Positions 27,161 to 37,612 of a DNA stretch of 60,254 nt are shown piece after piece; the first letter of the stretch is position 1; every line of letters starts with the position of its first letter. Under the pieces are notes generated by a model. The model worked only from the letters and a program-made list of their open reading frames with translations, was not told the DNA's origin and did not search any database. A program made the translations under genes and the position numbers. This DNA comes from Polyangiales bacterium (GTDB taxonomy: Bacteria > Myxococcota_A > Polyangia > Polyangiales > Houyiibacteriaceae): positions 1 to 60,254 of the forward strand of contig JBGCFM010000061.1 in assembly GCA_045106895.1 (NCBI GenBank), read 5' to 3'.

Positions 27161-28239
27161 GGCGTGACCTCGAAGAGGATCGCGTAGTTGGTGATGTCAT
27201 CCGGCTCGAGAGGGTCGTAGTCCATCTCGATGAAGTACTGCCCTTCGGGAAGACGTTGTGCGCCGCTTCGGTCGATGAACGGGCACCCCTCCATATTGCG
27301 CTCGTCCGTCGAGAGCGTGTTGCCGCCAGCGCTGCGAAGCGCGAAGTCGTAGCGCGCGTCGGCTCGGCTGTCGCATTCGCTGGGGCGGACCCTGAGGTCA
27401 GCGCCGCCGCTAGGGATTCGCAGCGTAAACACATCGGGGTAGTCACAGAGTCCTCCGCCGTCTCCGATGCGGCCCGTGATCTGAAGGCTTCCCGAGGCCG
27501 GCACGACGACCTCCGCCGCTTCGACGAAGTTCTGCTGAGTCGTCAGGATGTTGGTGTTCTCCTCATTCAGGCGAACCCGGCAGTCGCTCGTGCAGTTGGC
27601 GCCGCCATCACAAGCTTCGCCATGCTCAAGGGTCCCGTCGCAGAATGTGCGGTACGCGCTAAGCGAGTATTCCGCGCCACCCAGTTCGCCATCATCGATG
27701 CCGATGTACCAACGTCCGTCTTCCGTCGGAACGAAAGAGAAGTGCTCCTCGCCGGAACCGGTGCACGAGTCAGAGAGCTGCTCACACGCTGTATCGGTGC
27801 AGCCGCCTGTGCCATTCGAAGGCAAGAGATAGAGCGATGGGTTGCGGTCTTCCCGGTTCAAGACCTGGAGGTGGAAATGCCAGGTGTCGAGGGCTTGAAC
27901 GTCGATGGCGATGAAGCCGTCCGAGCCTCGGCTGGCCACTTCGCAGCGTGCCTGCACATTCACGTCGGGCCGAAGCACGACGGTGTTGATGTAGAGGTTC
28001 TCCGTGGTCTCATCGATGACCATAATTGCGGGGTCATCACAGCGATCCACGGCGGCGTTTGGTCGGCCGGCGTCCGCGGGTCCAGCGTCGTCACCGCTAT
28101 CGGTGGAACCATCGTCAGCGATGGTGATGTCCGCGTTTCCGGCATCCTCGGGGCCGAGTTGCTCCAGAAGCGCCGGGTCGGCGAGGGAGCAGCCAAGTTG
28201 AAGGAGAATGGAAGCGGTAAGAGTTGTGCGAATAAGCAT
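27157..28239 (-). CDS. Cys-containing lipoprotein with PPC-like beta-sandwich domains
   Basis: Lipobox QLG-C; GRWYIGID...YSLS and GQYFIEM motifs; CDG...GEACD repeat. Confidence 0.7.
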   Translation of the reverse strand: MLIRTTLTASILLQLGCSLADPALLEQLGPEDAGNADITIADDGSTDSGDDAGPADAGRPNAAVDRCDDPAIMVIDETTENLYINTVVLRPDVNVQARCEVASRGSDGFIAIDVQALDTWHFHLQVLNREDRNPSLYLLPSNGTGGCTDTACEQLSDSCTGSGEEHFSFVPTEDGRWYIGIDDGELGGAEYSLSAYRTFCDGTLEHGEACDGGANCTSDCRVRLNEENTNILTTQQNFVEAAEVVVPASGSLQITGRIGDGGGLCDYPDVFTLRIPSGGADLRVRPSECDSRADARYDFALRSAGGNTLSTDERNMEGCPFIDRSGAQRLPEGQYFIEMDYDPLEPDDITNYAILFEVTP

Positions 28240-29096
28240 TAGAACGTCCCCTCAAGAACCATAGACCCACCCTGATGGGATGCGCCGCCGCGAAGTACGA
28301 CACCATCTTCTTCGTCGTCGTCGCCGCCAAAGTCGGTAAATACAAAGAGCACCCCAGCCGCGACGCCGAGCGCGGCGGCGACTCCGATGAGTGCGTTGGT
28401 GCGTTTCTCTGCGCTGCGTGTCTCGTCAAACAGGCGCTGGCCTTCCGCGCGTGCAGCAGGGCTCGCCGGCGTCGCGTTCGCGTATTCCGTAAACGTGTCG
28501 TTTCGACTGCTCGCGTCTAGACCCGACCAAACGATGAGTCCGCCGGCGACGAGGGCTGCGCCTCCAACGGAGATCGCGATGGCGGGGTGAAGTCCTGACG
28601 ACGGCTGAGGCTGCTCGGCCGCTCGGCGCCGGCGCTCCTCTTCCGCGGCTGCGGCGGCCTCGGCTTCGGCTTGGCGGCGGGCTTCGTCCGCCGCGCGCTG
28701 CTCTTCCGCTTCTCGGGTCGCGTTCTCTTGGTCTTCGCGCTGTTGAATGATCCCATCGAGGACACGAATGCGAGCTTCGATCTCGACCCGGTCGGGTGTC
28801 TCCGGTGAGGCTTCAAGGAAAGCCCGAAGAGCCGCGACGGCCTCGACGTCTCGTCGGAGTCGGTCCAGCGTCGCCGCGATGTTGTACAAAAGCTGTGGGC
28901 GTGGACTCAGCTCATAGGCTTGCCGGAAGCGCGAGAGGGCCGTTTCGTAGTCTCCGGCATCGAACGCAACACGAGCACGCTGGAACGTAATGCGCGCAGC
29001 TTCGTCGAGTTCTACGTCAACATTGGCGTTTTGCGGCTGAGCGAAGGCCGGCACGGTCAGTAGAAGAGCTAAGAGAAGAGTGGTCGAGCGAATCAT
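28239..29096 (-). CDS. Secreted TPR protein with C-terminal hydrophobic hairpin
   Basis: AFA-Q signal; FDAGDYETALSRFRQAYELSPRPQLLYNIA TPR, typical myxobacterial family. Confidence 0.8.
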   Translation of the reverse strand: MIRSTTLLLALLLTVPAFAQPQNANVDVELDEAARITFQRARVAFDAGDYETALSRFRQAYELSPRPQLLYNIAATLDRLRRDVEAVAALRAFLEASPETPDRVEIEARIRVLDGIIQQREDQENATREAEEQRAADEARRQAEAEAAAAAEEERRRRAAEQPQPSSGLHPAIAISVGGAALVAGGLIVWSGLDASSRNDTFTEYANATPASPAARAEGQRLFDETRSAEKRTNALIGVAAALGVAAGVLFVFTDFGGDDDEEDGVVLRGGASHQGGSMVLEGTF

Positions 29097-29158
29097 GGGT
29101 CCCGGGATAATAGCGCCTGTGACGAAGCCTGTCGCCTTTTGCTATCCTCCTGGCCGAC

Positions 29159-30250
29159 ATGCTCATTCGTTGCACCGGACTAATCCTTTTGACCCTCGCC
29201 CTCGCCTGTGGGGATGACGATTCACCCATCGATGGGGGCCCATCTGACGCTGCCAGCGATTCGGCGGCGCTGCTGGACGGGGGACTCGAAGATGTCCCGA
29301 GCGACACGCCTCCGGACATCCCATTGGACGTCCCCCCGGACACTTTCGACGCGGGTCCGCCATGTGAAGGCCCGCCGGGCCTCTACAGAACTCCCCAGTG
29401 CACGGAGTTGGCGGATGGCGTTCGCGCGTACAGTCCAAACTATTGGCTCTGGAGCGACGGCGTGGACAAAGAGCGCTTCATTTTCCTTCCCGAAGGTGAA
29501 CTCATCGACACCAGCGACCCCAACAACTGGATCTACCCGGTGGGCACACGCGTCTGGAAAACCTTCATCGTGGACGGCGTGCGCATCGAGACGCGCCTCC
29601 TGGAGAAATACGAAGAGGGCTCCGGGTTCGATTCGTGGAACACGCTGACGTACGCCTGGAACGAGGCTCAGGACGCAGTCGTCGAAGTAAACGGCGGACT
29701 TGAGAACGCCCTCGGCACGGACCACGACATCCCTTCCCGTGGCCAGTGCATCCAGTGCCATGGCCAAACCGGTCGCACCGACTTCTTGACGAGCTTCACG
29801 GCGATCCAGCTCAACCATGACGACGCTGGGTTTTCCCTCGCTGAGCTCAACGACGAGGGCTGGCTTTCTGAGCCCATCGACGTCGCCGCTGCGGTGGTTC
29901 CTGGGACTCCTGAAGAGTCGGCGGCCCTGGGCTATCTGCACGCGAACTGTGGCAACTGCCACGGAAACCGTCTCGCTCCTTCCGGTCTGTCTATGTGGGT
30001 CGATGTTGGTCTCGACGACGTGGAAGAAACCGCCACCTACACGACCGCTGTGGGCGTCCCAAGCCTCCGCCTCGACGGCGACGCGACGGTTCGTATCGTC
30101 CCCGGGGACTCCGCGCAGAGCGTCGCGTTTCGCCGTATGCAGTCCCGAATGGTCGGTCTTCAGATGCCACCCATCGGCACAGAGCTCGTCGATGACGAGG
30201 GGTCTCTTGAGGTTCAGACCTGGATCGACGGACTGGAAGTGGAAGAGTAG
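29159..30250 (+). CDS. Di-heme c-type cytochrome lipoprotein (SO2930/HNE_0200-like)
   Basis: Lipobox ALA-C; LWSDG..K.RFI, YPVGT..WKTF, ETRLL, CIQCH, YLHANCGNCH, QMPPIG. Confidence 0.8.
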   Translation: MLIRCTGLILLTLALACGDDDSPIDGGPSDAASDSAALLDGGLEDVPSDTPPDIPLDVPPDTFDAGPPCEGPPGLYRTPQCTELADGVRAYSPNYWLWSDGVDKERFIFLPEGELIDTSDPNNWIYPVGTRVWKTFIVDGVRIETRLLEKYEEGSGFDSWNTLTYAWNEAQDAVVEVNGGLENALGTDHDIPSRGQCIQCHGQTGRTDFLTSFTAIQLNHDDAGFSLAELNDEGWLSEPIDVAAAVVPGTPEESAALGYLHANCGNCHGNRLAPSGLSMWVDVGLDDVEETATYTTAVGVPSLRLDGDATVRIVPGDSAQSVAFRRMQSRMVGLQMPPIGTELVDDEGSLEVQTWIDGLEVEE

Positions 30251-30360
30251 GGCGGGCCGGCGCGCCCGCCGAGCTCGGCGGGTTTGCTTCCGTTTCTCCT
30301 TGGCGTCAGCTTCGCGGCGCTGGCTGACGTCACTACGGTCAGTCCACGTCCGCTCCGGGC

Positions 30361-31923
30361 TCAGTCCCAGGGGTCGCGGATAGGTGAGAGCGTCATCTGA
30401 GATGACTGCTCCATGTCCGGCCGCATTCGCGTCATCGATGTGTCGCGGGGGCGGGGAGTTCGTTCTCGCTCAGGGCGCGCTTCAGGCTCGTCTTCCACCA
30501 CCTCTTCGAGAGTGAGGGAAAGCGGCTGTGATTGGCTCGTCACCGTGATCGTTCGGGGCTCGTAGCCGTCCGCTTCGAGTGTGAGTTCCCACCGTTCACC
30601 GGAAGGGATGTCGAGTTCGATGCTGCCGTTTCCGAGGAGCACACCGTCTCGCGTGATGTCGGCGCTCGACGGGGTGACTTGAATCGAAACGGGCTCGGTC
30701 ACCGGCGCCACGGGAGGAATCACCTCGGGCGGCTCGGCGATGGGCGGCGTTTCCGGAGTGTTCGCCAGCGGTGGCAACGTCGTCGCCGTCGGTTCCTCGC
30801 CCTTGGGAATCAGGATAGCGAGCGACACGCCTACAGCCACGACCAGCGCCATCAGCGTGATTCGCGTGACCCACTTGGCTTTGGACTTGCCCGGGGCGAC
30901 GATCGCCTGGGTCAGGAACGAGGTGACGGACGAATTGGTGTGCTCGAGCGGAGCGCTCAGCTCAGCGCCGCTGGGCTCGACTCCGCCCTGCATCATCGTG
31001 GGCCGCGGATTCGGCGCGGAGACGCGCGCTTCCGAGTTGAGCATGTCGAGGGCCGCGAAGACTTCTTCCATCGACTGAAAGCGTCCCGCTGGGTCCTTCG
31101 CAAGACATTGCGCGACGACGGACTCAAGGCCGAGGCTGGCTTGAATGTCCGGCGCGAGGTCTTTCAAAGTTGGGGCCGGCGTGTGAACGTGGGCACGCAT
31201 CGCTTCGAACTGCGAGCCCGCCGAGAAAGGTGGCTTGCCGGTCAGGATGAAACAGAGGAGCGCGCCAAACGAATAGATGTCCGTACGCGCGTCGACGTCG
31301 GTGCCCCGGACCTGCTCGGGAGCCATGTAGCGCGGCGAGCCCATAAGGATGCCGGATTGCGTCAGCTTCTTCTTCTGCTCGTCGGTTCCGCCGGCGAGCT
31401 TCACGAGGCCAAAGTCCAGAACCTTGACGAAGAGCGGATCACCGCCGCGCTTTAGAAGCATGACGTTTCCGGGTTTTAGATCCCGATGAACCAGACCATC
31501 GCCGTGCGCGTCGATGAGGGAACTGGCGATCTGCTTCGCGACGTGCACGCCTTCTTCAGGGGTGATCGGTCCGTTCTTTTTGACGTGCTCGGACAGTGTG
31601 AGCCCATCCACATACTCCATGGCGAAGTAGAGGAGACCGCCGTCATTTCCGTAGTCGTGGACGACGACTGTGTTCGGGTGATTGAGATTCGCGACCACGG
31701 CAGCTTCGAGGAGGAAGCGCTGCGAGTACGTCTCGTCCATCCGCGAGTCTTGCGGTTTCCGAAGGACCTTGAGCGCGACGGGGCGTCCCAGGGGTTCTTG
31801 TACGGCGCGATACACCACGCCCATTCCACCGGCAGCGAGCTTCTTTTCGATGCGAAAGCGCCCGCCGACGAGAGTGCCTGGACCCGTGCCCTGGCTTGCC
31901 TCTGGCTGAACCGCGTCGCTCAT
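30361..31923 (-). CDS. Membrane Ser/Thr protein kinase with extracytoplasmic PEGA-like domain
   Basis: GGMGVVY, VALK, HRDLKPGN, DFG, GSPRYMAPE; TM helix; VTPSSADI..DG..LG; ATG at 31923. Confidence 0.92.
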   Translation of the reverse strand: MSDAVQPEASQGTGPGTLVGGRFRIEKKLAAGGMGVVYRAVQEPLGRPVALKVLRKPQDSRMDETYSQRFLLEAAVVANLNHPNTVVVHDYGNDGGLLYFAMEYVDGLTLSEHVKKNGPITPEEGVHVAKQIASSLIDAHGDGLVHRDLKPGNVMLLKRGGDPLFVKVLDFGLVKLAGGTDEQKKKLTQSGILMGSPRYMAPEQVRGTDVDARTDIYSFGALLCFILTGKPPFSAGSQFEAMRAHVHTPAPTLKDLAPDIQASLGLESVVAQCLAKDPAGRFQSMEEVFAALDMLNSEARVSAPNPRPTMMQGGVEPSGAELSAPLEHTNSSVTSFLTQAIVAPGKSKAKWVTRITLMALVVAVGVSLAILIPKGEEPTATTLPPLANTPETPPIAEPPEVIPPVAPVTEPVSIQVTPSSADITRDGVLLGNGSIELDIPSGERWELTLEADGYEPRTITVTSQSQPLSLTLEEVVEDEPEARPERERTPRPRDTSMTRMRPDMEQSSQMTLSPIRDPWD

Positions 31924-32025
31924 GGTCGTCACCTTAGCACTGCAACGCCGGAACGAACACCCACGGGCTCGCGACCAAGCCGTCCACGGGTCGCCAAGGC
32001 TCCCACGTCGTGGGATAAGGGGCCC

Positions 32026-32607
32026 GTGGCGAAGCTCTACTTTCGATATGGCACGATGGATTCGGCCAAAACACTCAATCTTCTCGCGGTGGCGCACAAC
32101 TACCGAAAGCAGGGGAAGTCCTGCCTTCTGCTGAAGCCCAAGCTCGATGATCGTTTCGGTGCATCGAAGATCCGTTCCCGGGCGGGTCTGGAGGCTGAAG
32201 CGGACCTGCTCCTCGAGCCGGGGACGCCACTTCCCATCGAGCGCCTCAAGACCGAGGACTGCATCCTTGTCGATGAAGCTCAGTTTTTGCCGGAAGCCAC
32301 CATCGAAGAGTTGCGGGACCTCACCATCGATCACGGCGTGCCGGTCATTTGCTACGGCTTGCGAACGGACTTTCTCTCGCGCCTCTTTCCTGGATCGCGC
32401 CGGCTCCTTGAGCTCTCCGACAGCATCGAAGAGATCAAGGTGACCTGTTACGACTGTGGCCGGAAAGCTGTCTTCAACCTTCGCCTCGTGGATGGCAAAG
32501 GTGTGTTCGCCGGACCACAAGTTCAGCTAGGTGGCGATGAGAAATACGTGCCTACCTGCGCGGTTCACTACCGGCAGGCGCAGCGCGCTTGGGACGCTGA
32601 ACAATAG
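32026..32607 (+). CDS. tdk: Thymidine kinase
   Basis: AKLYFRYGTMDSAKT, ILVDEAQF, YGLRTDF...FPGS, CYDCG; GTG start at 32026. Confidence 0.95.
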   Translation: MAKLYFRYGTMDSAKTLNLLAVAHNYRKQGKSCLLLKPKLDDRFGASKIRSRAGLEAEADLLLEPGTPLPIERLKTEDCILVDEAQFLPEATIEELRDLTIDHGVPVICYGLRTDFLSRLFPGSRRLLELSDSIEEIKVTCYDCGRKAVFNLRLVDGKGVFAGPQVQLGGDEKYVPTCAVHYRQAQRAWDAEQ

Positions 32608-32622
32608 CCCGCTGGCGAAGCG

Positions 32623-34455
32623 TTATTCGACGGTGACCGTTTTGGCCAGGTTGCGAGGCTGGTCGACGTCTGTGCCCTTAAAGTCTGCGACATAGTACGC
32701 GTAGAGTTGAAGCGGCAGGACCGTGAGAAGTGGCGTGAACTCCTCCGCCACCGGGGGGATCTCGATCAAGTCATGGGAGACCTCGCGCGCCTGCTCATCG
32801 CCTTCGTTTGCGATGGCGATAACCATGGCCTCGCGGGCTTTGGCTTCCTGGAGGTTGCTCAAGCTTCGGTCGTAGGACGAGTCTTTCGGTGCAAGCACGA
32901 TCACCGGCACGGACGAATCGATAAGCGCGATGGGCCCGTGTTTCATCTCGCCAGCCGCGTAGCCTTCGGCGTGCACGTAGCTGATCTCCTTCAACTTGAG
33001 CGCGCCTTCGAGAGCCATCGGGAAGCTCAGACCACGCCCGAGGAAGAGCACATCGCGTGCGTCGACGTATCGCCGCGCGATGTTGGCGACGAGCTGCCGC
33101 GTCCCCGCGAGGGTGTCCTTCATCAGTTGAGGAACCCGCACCAAACCTTCGACGAGCTCTCGTGAGCGGTCGGCGTTGATCGCGTCGCGACGACGGGCGA
33201 GCCAGATGGAGAACATCAAGAGGTTCGCGAGTTGTGTGGAGAAGCACTTCGTCGAAGCTACGCCGATCTCTGGGCCGGCGTGGGTGTAGAAGACCGCGTC
33301 GCTCATGCGCGGAATCGCGCTGCCGATGACGTTGGCCACGGCGAGCACTTTTGCGCCGCGCGCCTTCGCTTCCTTGGCAGCCATCAGCGTGTCGAGGGTT
33401 TCGCCTGACTGACTGACGGCGATGACGAGGTCGCCTTCGCCGACGACGGCGTTACGCCCTCGAAATTCGCTCGCCAGCTCGACGACGGTGGGAACGCGCG
33501 CGAGGGACTCAATGTAGTAGCGGCCGGCCATCGCCGCGTGATGACTCGTTCCGCACGCGAGGAGAACAACACGCTGAATCGAGCGGGCATCTTCGTCGCT
33601 GAGACCGATCTCTTGTCCGTTTACGTCGCCCGCTTCTCGGTCGAGACGCCCACGGAGAGTGTCTTCAAGTGCGCGGGGCTGCTCGAAGATCTCCTTGAGC
33701 ATGAAGTGCTTATATCCGGCCTTCTCCGCCATGACAGGCGACCAGTCGATGGCGACGGGATCCCGTTCGACCTTTGCGCCGTCGATGGTCGTCACCACGG
33801 CGCTGCCGGCTTCGAGCACCGCGAGCTCGCCGTCCTCCAAGAAGAGCATGGAGCGCGTGTATGGGAGGAGCGCCGGGATGTCGCTTGCGCAGTAGGTCTC
33901 GCCATCGCCGATGCCGAGGACCAGCGGTGACGAGTTCTTCGCGACGATGACTCGTCCAGGTTCGTTCCTGGAGAGCACGGCGATGGCGTAGGCGCCGTGA
34001 AGCTCGCCGAGCGCTCCGCGAACCGAAGCCTCCAAGGAGCCGCCCCCGTCGACGCGGCGGCGAATCAGGTGCGCAACGAGCTCCGTGTCCGTGTCGCTCT
34101 GGATCTCGCAGCCCTCGGCGATGAGCTGCTTACGAAGGGCGAGGTGGTTTTCGATGATGCCGTTGTGGACAACCACGACGGGGCCTGCGACGTGCGGGTG
34201 AGCGTTCACCTCCGACGGAGGCCCATGCGTGGCCCAGCGGGTGTGGCCGATGCCCACGGTGCCTTTGAGCTCCGAATCCCGAAGCGCGGCTTCGAGGTTG
34301 CGCAGCTTGCCTACGGCACGAACGACTTTGATCTCGCCGCCGGACTGAACGGCAAGACCTGCCGAATCATATCCGCGGTATTCCAGGCGTCGCAGGCCAT
34401 CCAATAGAATGTCCGCGCTCTCTTGAGGGCCTACGTACCCAACGATTCCACACAT
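32623..34455 (-). CDS. glmS: Glutamine--fructose-6-phosphate aminotransferase
   Basis: MCGIVG, LEYRGYDSAG, GHTRWATHG, SQSGET, DQPRNLAKTVTVE. Confidence 0.98.
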   Translation of the reverse strand: MCGIVGYVGPQESADILLDGLRRLEYRGYDSAGLAVQSGGEIKVVRAVGKLRNLEAALRDSELKGTVGIGHTRWATHGPPSEVNAHPHVAGPVVVVHNGIIENHLALRKQLIAEGCEIQSDTDTELVAHLIRRRVDGGGSLEASVRGALGELHGAYAIAVLSRNEPGRVIVAKNSSPLVLGIGDGETYCASDIPALLPYTRSMLFLEDGELAVLEAGSAVVTTIDGAKVERDPVAIDWSPVMAEKAGYKHFMLKEIFEQPRALEDTLRGRLDREAGDVNGQEIGLSDEDARSIQRVVLLACGTSHHAAMAGRYYIESLARVPTVVELASEFRGRNAVVGEGDLVIAVSQSGETLDTLMAAKEAKARGAKVLAVANVIGSAIPRMSDAVFYTHAGPEIGVASTKCFSTQLANLLMFSIWLARRRDAINADRSRELVEGLVRVPQLMKDTLAGTRQLVANIARRYVDARDVLFLGRGLSFPMALEGALKLKEISYVHAEGYAAGEMKHGPIALIDSSVPVIVLAPKDSSYDRSLSNLQEAKAREAMVIAIANEGDEQAREVSHDLIEIPPVAEEFTPLLTVLPLQLYAYYVADFKGTDVDQPRNLAKTVTVE

Positions 34456-34517
34456 CGACTTTTACTCCTCGCGACGAACCTTGCACTCGAGAGTACAAGC
34501 GTCTCGCCGCGTGCGTC

Positions 34518-36116
34518 TTATTCCTGCGCGCTTGCTTCCGTTGCCGCCTCAGCGGCCGCTGCTGCGGCTGCTTCAGCACTCTGTTGCGCGGCGGCCGCGA
34601 TCTCTTCAGCGCTCAGCATTGAAAAGCGCTGTTTTACAGAACCATCTGTGTCGACCACGGTGACCGGACCGAAGGCGCGGAGGGACTCGCTGATCTCAGC
34701 GGCGGTGCCAACGACGACGACCAGGGCCTCGCTGGGCCGAATATGCTCTTGGGCGGCGGCGAGAGCCTGTGCCGGCGTCGTGCCGCGAATCGCCGAGCGG
34801 TAAGTTTCCCAATAGCTGTCGGGCAGGTTGAACACGCGGAGGTTCGCGACCATCCAGGCGATTCGCGCCGGCGTCGCAATCTGAAGCGGGAATGAGTCGC
34901 TCAAGTACGTTGTCGCGTGGCCCACCTCTTCACTCGTGGGTGGTTCGGCGATGATGCGATCCAAATGTTCGAAGAGCCCGCTCATCGCCTGGTCCGTAAC
35001 CGGCGTGCGCACGGAGGCCATCGCGACAAAGGGCGCGACACCGACGCGCTCACCGACATCGCTGTACGCGCCGTAGGTCAGGCTGCGTTGCTCGCGTAGG
35101 TCCATGAACAAGCGCGACGCAGCGCTGCCGCCGAGGACCTGGTTGGCCACGTCGAGGGGAACGAAGTCTTCATCGCTGCGTGCGATGGCCAAGTTGGCGA
35201 TGAGGATCGTCGACTGGGCGGAACCCACTCGGTCGACGATGACGATCTCTCGCTCGCTACGCGTAGGCAGGTTTGGGAGTGAGCGCGCGCGGATGGGGCG
35301 TTGAGACCACCCTGCGAATGCGCGAGTCGCCGAAGCTTGCACGGCGTCGGCCTGAACAGCGCCGACGACGACGAGGAACGCGTTATTTGGAACGACGTTG
35401 GAGCGATGCCATCGGACCAGGTCGCCCCGCCGAATTCGACGTAGAGCGGCTTCGTTCGTGTCCACCGTGCCGTAGGGGTGATTCGCACCGTAGAGGCGGC
35501 GATTGAGCTCGCGTCGGGCAAGCCACCGTGGCTGTCGGCTCGAGAGCGACAAGCGGTCGTTTTCGCGGCGCTTTAGCTTCTCGAGTTCGTCGTTTCGAAA
35601 GGCGGGTTCCGTTACGAGTTCCGCGAGAATGTCGAAGGCTTCGTCGAGCTGATCGCTAAGCGCCCGGAACACCAAATGGACGTTCTCTTCGTCGGCGCCA
35701 ACGCTAAGATCCGCGCCAAGAAACTCGATGCGCTCGGCGATCTCCGCGCTCGTGTGCTGCCGCGTTCCTTCGCGAAGCATCTCCGCCACCAAGTTCGAAA
35801 GACCGGCGCGTCCGGCGGGGTCGGTCTCTGCGCCGGAGCGAATCACAAGTCGCATGTGAACGGCGGGCAAGTTGCCTGACGTCACGGTGTTGACCTCGAG
35901 GCCGTTGTCCAAAACCACGCGAGTGATCGCAGGGAACGAGATGTCTCGTGCAGGGCCCGAGGGCGGCGCTGGGATCGGAGCCACTTCCGTGGGCACCTCA
36001 GCGACTTCAGGCGGAGGAGTCGGTGGTACGTGCGTCGTGGCGACGGTCTCGGCTCCGCCGCAGCCGGCGGAAAAGAGCCCGAGGGAAAGCGAGATGAGTG
36101 CAAGCTTCTTCATCAT
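34518..36116 (-). CDS. M16 family peptidase, non-catalytic subunit (lipoprotein)
   Basis: LDNGL, LGG..ASRLF.DLRE..SLTY; lacks HxxEH; overlaps its partner gene. Confidence 0.88.
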   Translation of the reverse strand: MMKKLALISLSLGLFSAGCGGAETVATTHVPPTPPPEVAEVPTEVAPIPAPPSGPARDISFPAITRVVLDNGLEVNTVTSGNLPAVHMRLVIRSGAETDPAGRAGLSNLVAEMLREGTRQHTSAEIAERIEFLGADLSVGADEENVHLVFRALSDQLDEAFDILAELVTEPAFRNDELEKLKRRENDRLSLSSRQPRWLARRELNRRLYGANHPYGTVDTNEAALRRIRRGDLVRWHRSNVVPNNAFLVVVGAVQADAVQASATRAFAGWSQRPIRARSLPNLPTRSEREIVIVDRVGSAQSTILIANLAIARSDEDFVPLDVANQVLGGSAASRLFMDLREQRSLTYGAYSDVGERVGVAPFVAMASVRTPVTDQAMSGLFEHLDRIIAEPPTSEEVGHATTYLSDSFPLQIATPARIAWMVANLRVFNLPDSYWETYRSAIRGTTPAQALAAAQEHIRPSEALVVVVGTAAEISESLRAFGPVTVVDTDGSVKQRFSMLSAEEIAAAAQQSAEAAAAAAAEAATEASAQE

Positions 36117-37540
36117 TCGGCTCCTTCGCGGGGCGCGGGCATGACATCGAGGACCGTGCGGCCTGACGCTGCAAAGTATCGTCCAGCCACTCGCTGAATG
36201 TCTTCTCTCGTGACCGACTGGTAACGAGCAAGCTCGGTACGAAGAAGCGTCGCGTCACCAAAGTACATCTCGTATTCGGCGAGCTGCTTGGCGCGGGACA
36301 GGTTGGACTCAAGACCGAAGACAAAGTAGGCGGCGACGCGGTTGTGCGCTTTCTGTAGTTCACGTTCCGTGATGCCCTCGCTAGCCACCCGCTCGAGTGC
36401 TTCGTAGATCAGGTCGCGAGCCTCTTGGGGCTGATGACCATCGGACATCAAGCCAAAGAAGCTGAAAAGGTCAGGCCCGCGACGGTCGTCCGTGCCGACA
36501 TAAATCTCCTGGCAAATCTCACGCTCTTTCACGAGCATCTGGTAGAGCCGGCTTGAGTCGCCGTCGCCAAGGACCACGGTCAGAAGCTCCAAGGCATAGT
36601 GGTCAGCCTCGCGGTTGGGCGGAATGTGATACGCGACGTGGAACGCCGGCGCCTGCGCCAAGGGGTCGGGCATGACCTCGGTGCGCTCCGCCGTCTGCGG
36701 CGTCAGCGTAGGTGGCTCGTAAGCTGGAACAGGGCCCTGTGGGATGTCGCCAAAGTATTGGTTCACCAACGTCATAGCCTCCGCCGGGTCAAAGTCGCCG
36801 ACGATGGTCAAGACTGCGTTGTTCGGCTTGTAGTACGCGTCGAAGAACTCCTGAACCGCAGAGAGTGGCGCGTTGTCGAGGTCGCGCATGTCACCGATGG
36901 TGGAGTGCGCGTAGGGCCAGTAGTCGCCATACGCGAGCTCGTTGATGCGCAAGTGCGAGAGGGCGTAGGGGCGGTCCTCGTAAGACTGACGTCGCTCTTC
37001 TTTCACCACGTCGCGCTGGTTCTCAAAGTTCTCCGCCGTCACGTTGAGGGACCGAAGTCGGTCCGATTCGAGCCATAGGCCGAGCGCCAGCTCGTTGCTC
37101 GGCAGCGTCTCAAAGTAGTTCGTTCGGTCGAACCAAGTGGTTCCATTCGCACGACCACCGCGGTTACGGACGTAGACGAAGTGCTCGCCCTTGCCTACGT
37201 TGGCCGACCCCTGAAACATCATGTGCTCGAAGAGGTGGGCGAAGCCAGAGCGGCCGACCTCCTCATTGCGCGATCCCACGTCGTAGTAAATCGCGACGGC
37301 CACCGTGGGCACGCTTCGCTCAACGCTGAGGACAACACGAAGCCCGTTCGGCAACGTGTGCTGTTCCACTGGAAGCGCGGCCAGCGGAGACGCCTGCTCT
37401 GGGGCGGGCGTTGCCGCGGCCTGGGCGGGGGCGACTTGGTCCGCCGAAGCGCGTGGCGCGAAGGGGAGAAGCTGGGCGGCGCCGAAGCCCACCACGAGCA
37501 TGAGTGAAATGCCGAGAAAACGCATGTGGCTCCCTACCAT
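36113..37540 (-). CDS. M16 family zinc peptidase, catalytic subunit
   Basis: GFAHLFEHMMFQGS (HxxEH), NGTT..DRTNY, VVKEERR. Confidence 0.92.
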   Translation of the reverse strand: MVGSHMRFLGISLMLVVGFGAAQLLPFAPRASADQVAPAQAAATPAPEQASPLAALPVEQHTLPNGLRVVLSVERSVPTVAVAIYYDVGSRNEEVGRSGFAHLFEHMMFQGSANVGKGEHFVYVRNRGGRANGTTWFDRTNYFETLPSNELALGLWLESDRLRSLNVTAENFENQRDVVKEERRQSYEDRPYALSHLRINELAYGDYWPYAHSTIGDMRDLDNAPLSAVQEFFDAYYKPNNAVLTIVGDFDPAEAMTLVNQYFGDIPQGPVPAYEPPTLTPQTAERTEVMPDPLAQAPAFHVAYHIPPNREADHYALELLTVVLGDGDSSRLYQMLVKEREICQEIYVGTDDRRGPDLFSFFGLMSDGHQPQEARDLIYEALERVASEGITERELQKAHNRVAAYFVFGLESNLSRAKQLAEYEMYFGDATLLRTELARYQSVTREDIQRVAGRYFAASGRTVLDVMPAPREGAE

Positions 37541-37612
37541 ATCAAAACCCTTCGGGTCACCTGCCGGTGCTGTGCGTTGACCCGGGTGTGGCTCGAACCC
37601 AGAATCGTCTCC

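Noticed and set aside
31924..32520. N-terminal ~200-aa extension of the 719-aa kinase ORF
   Set aside because: Overlaps tdk on the opposite strand; the kinase most plausibly starts at ATG 31923
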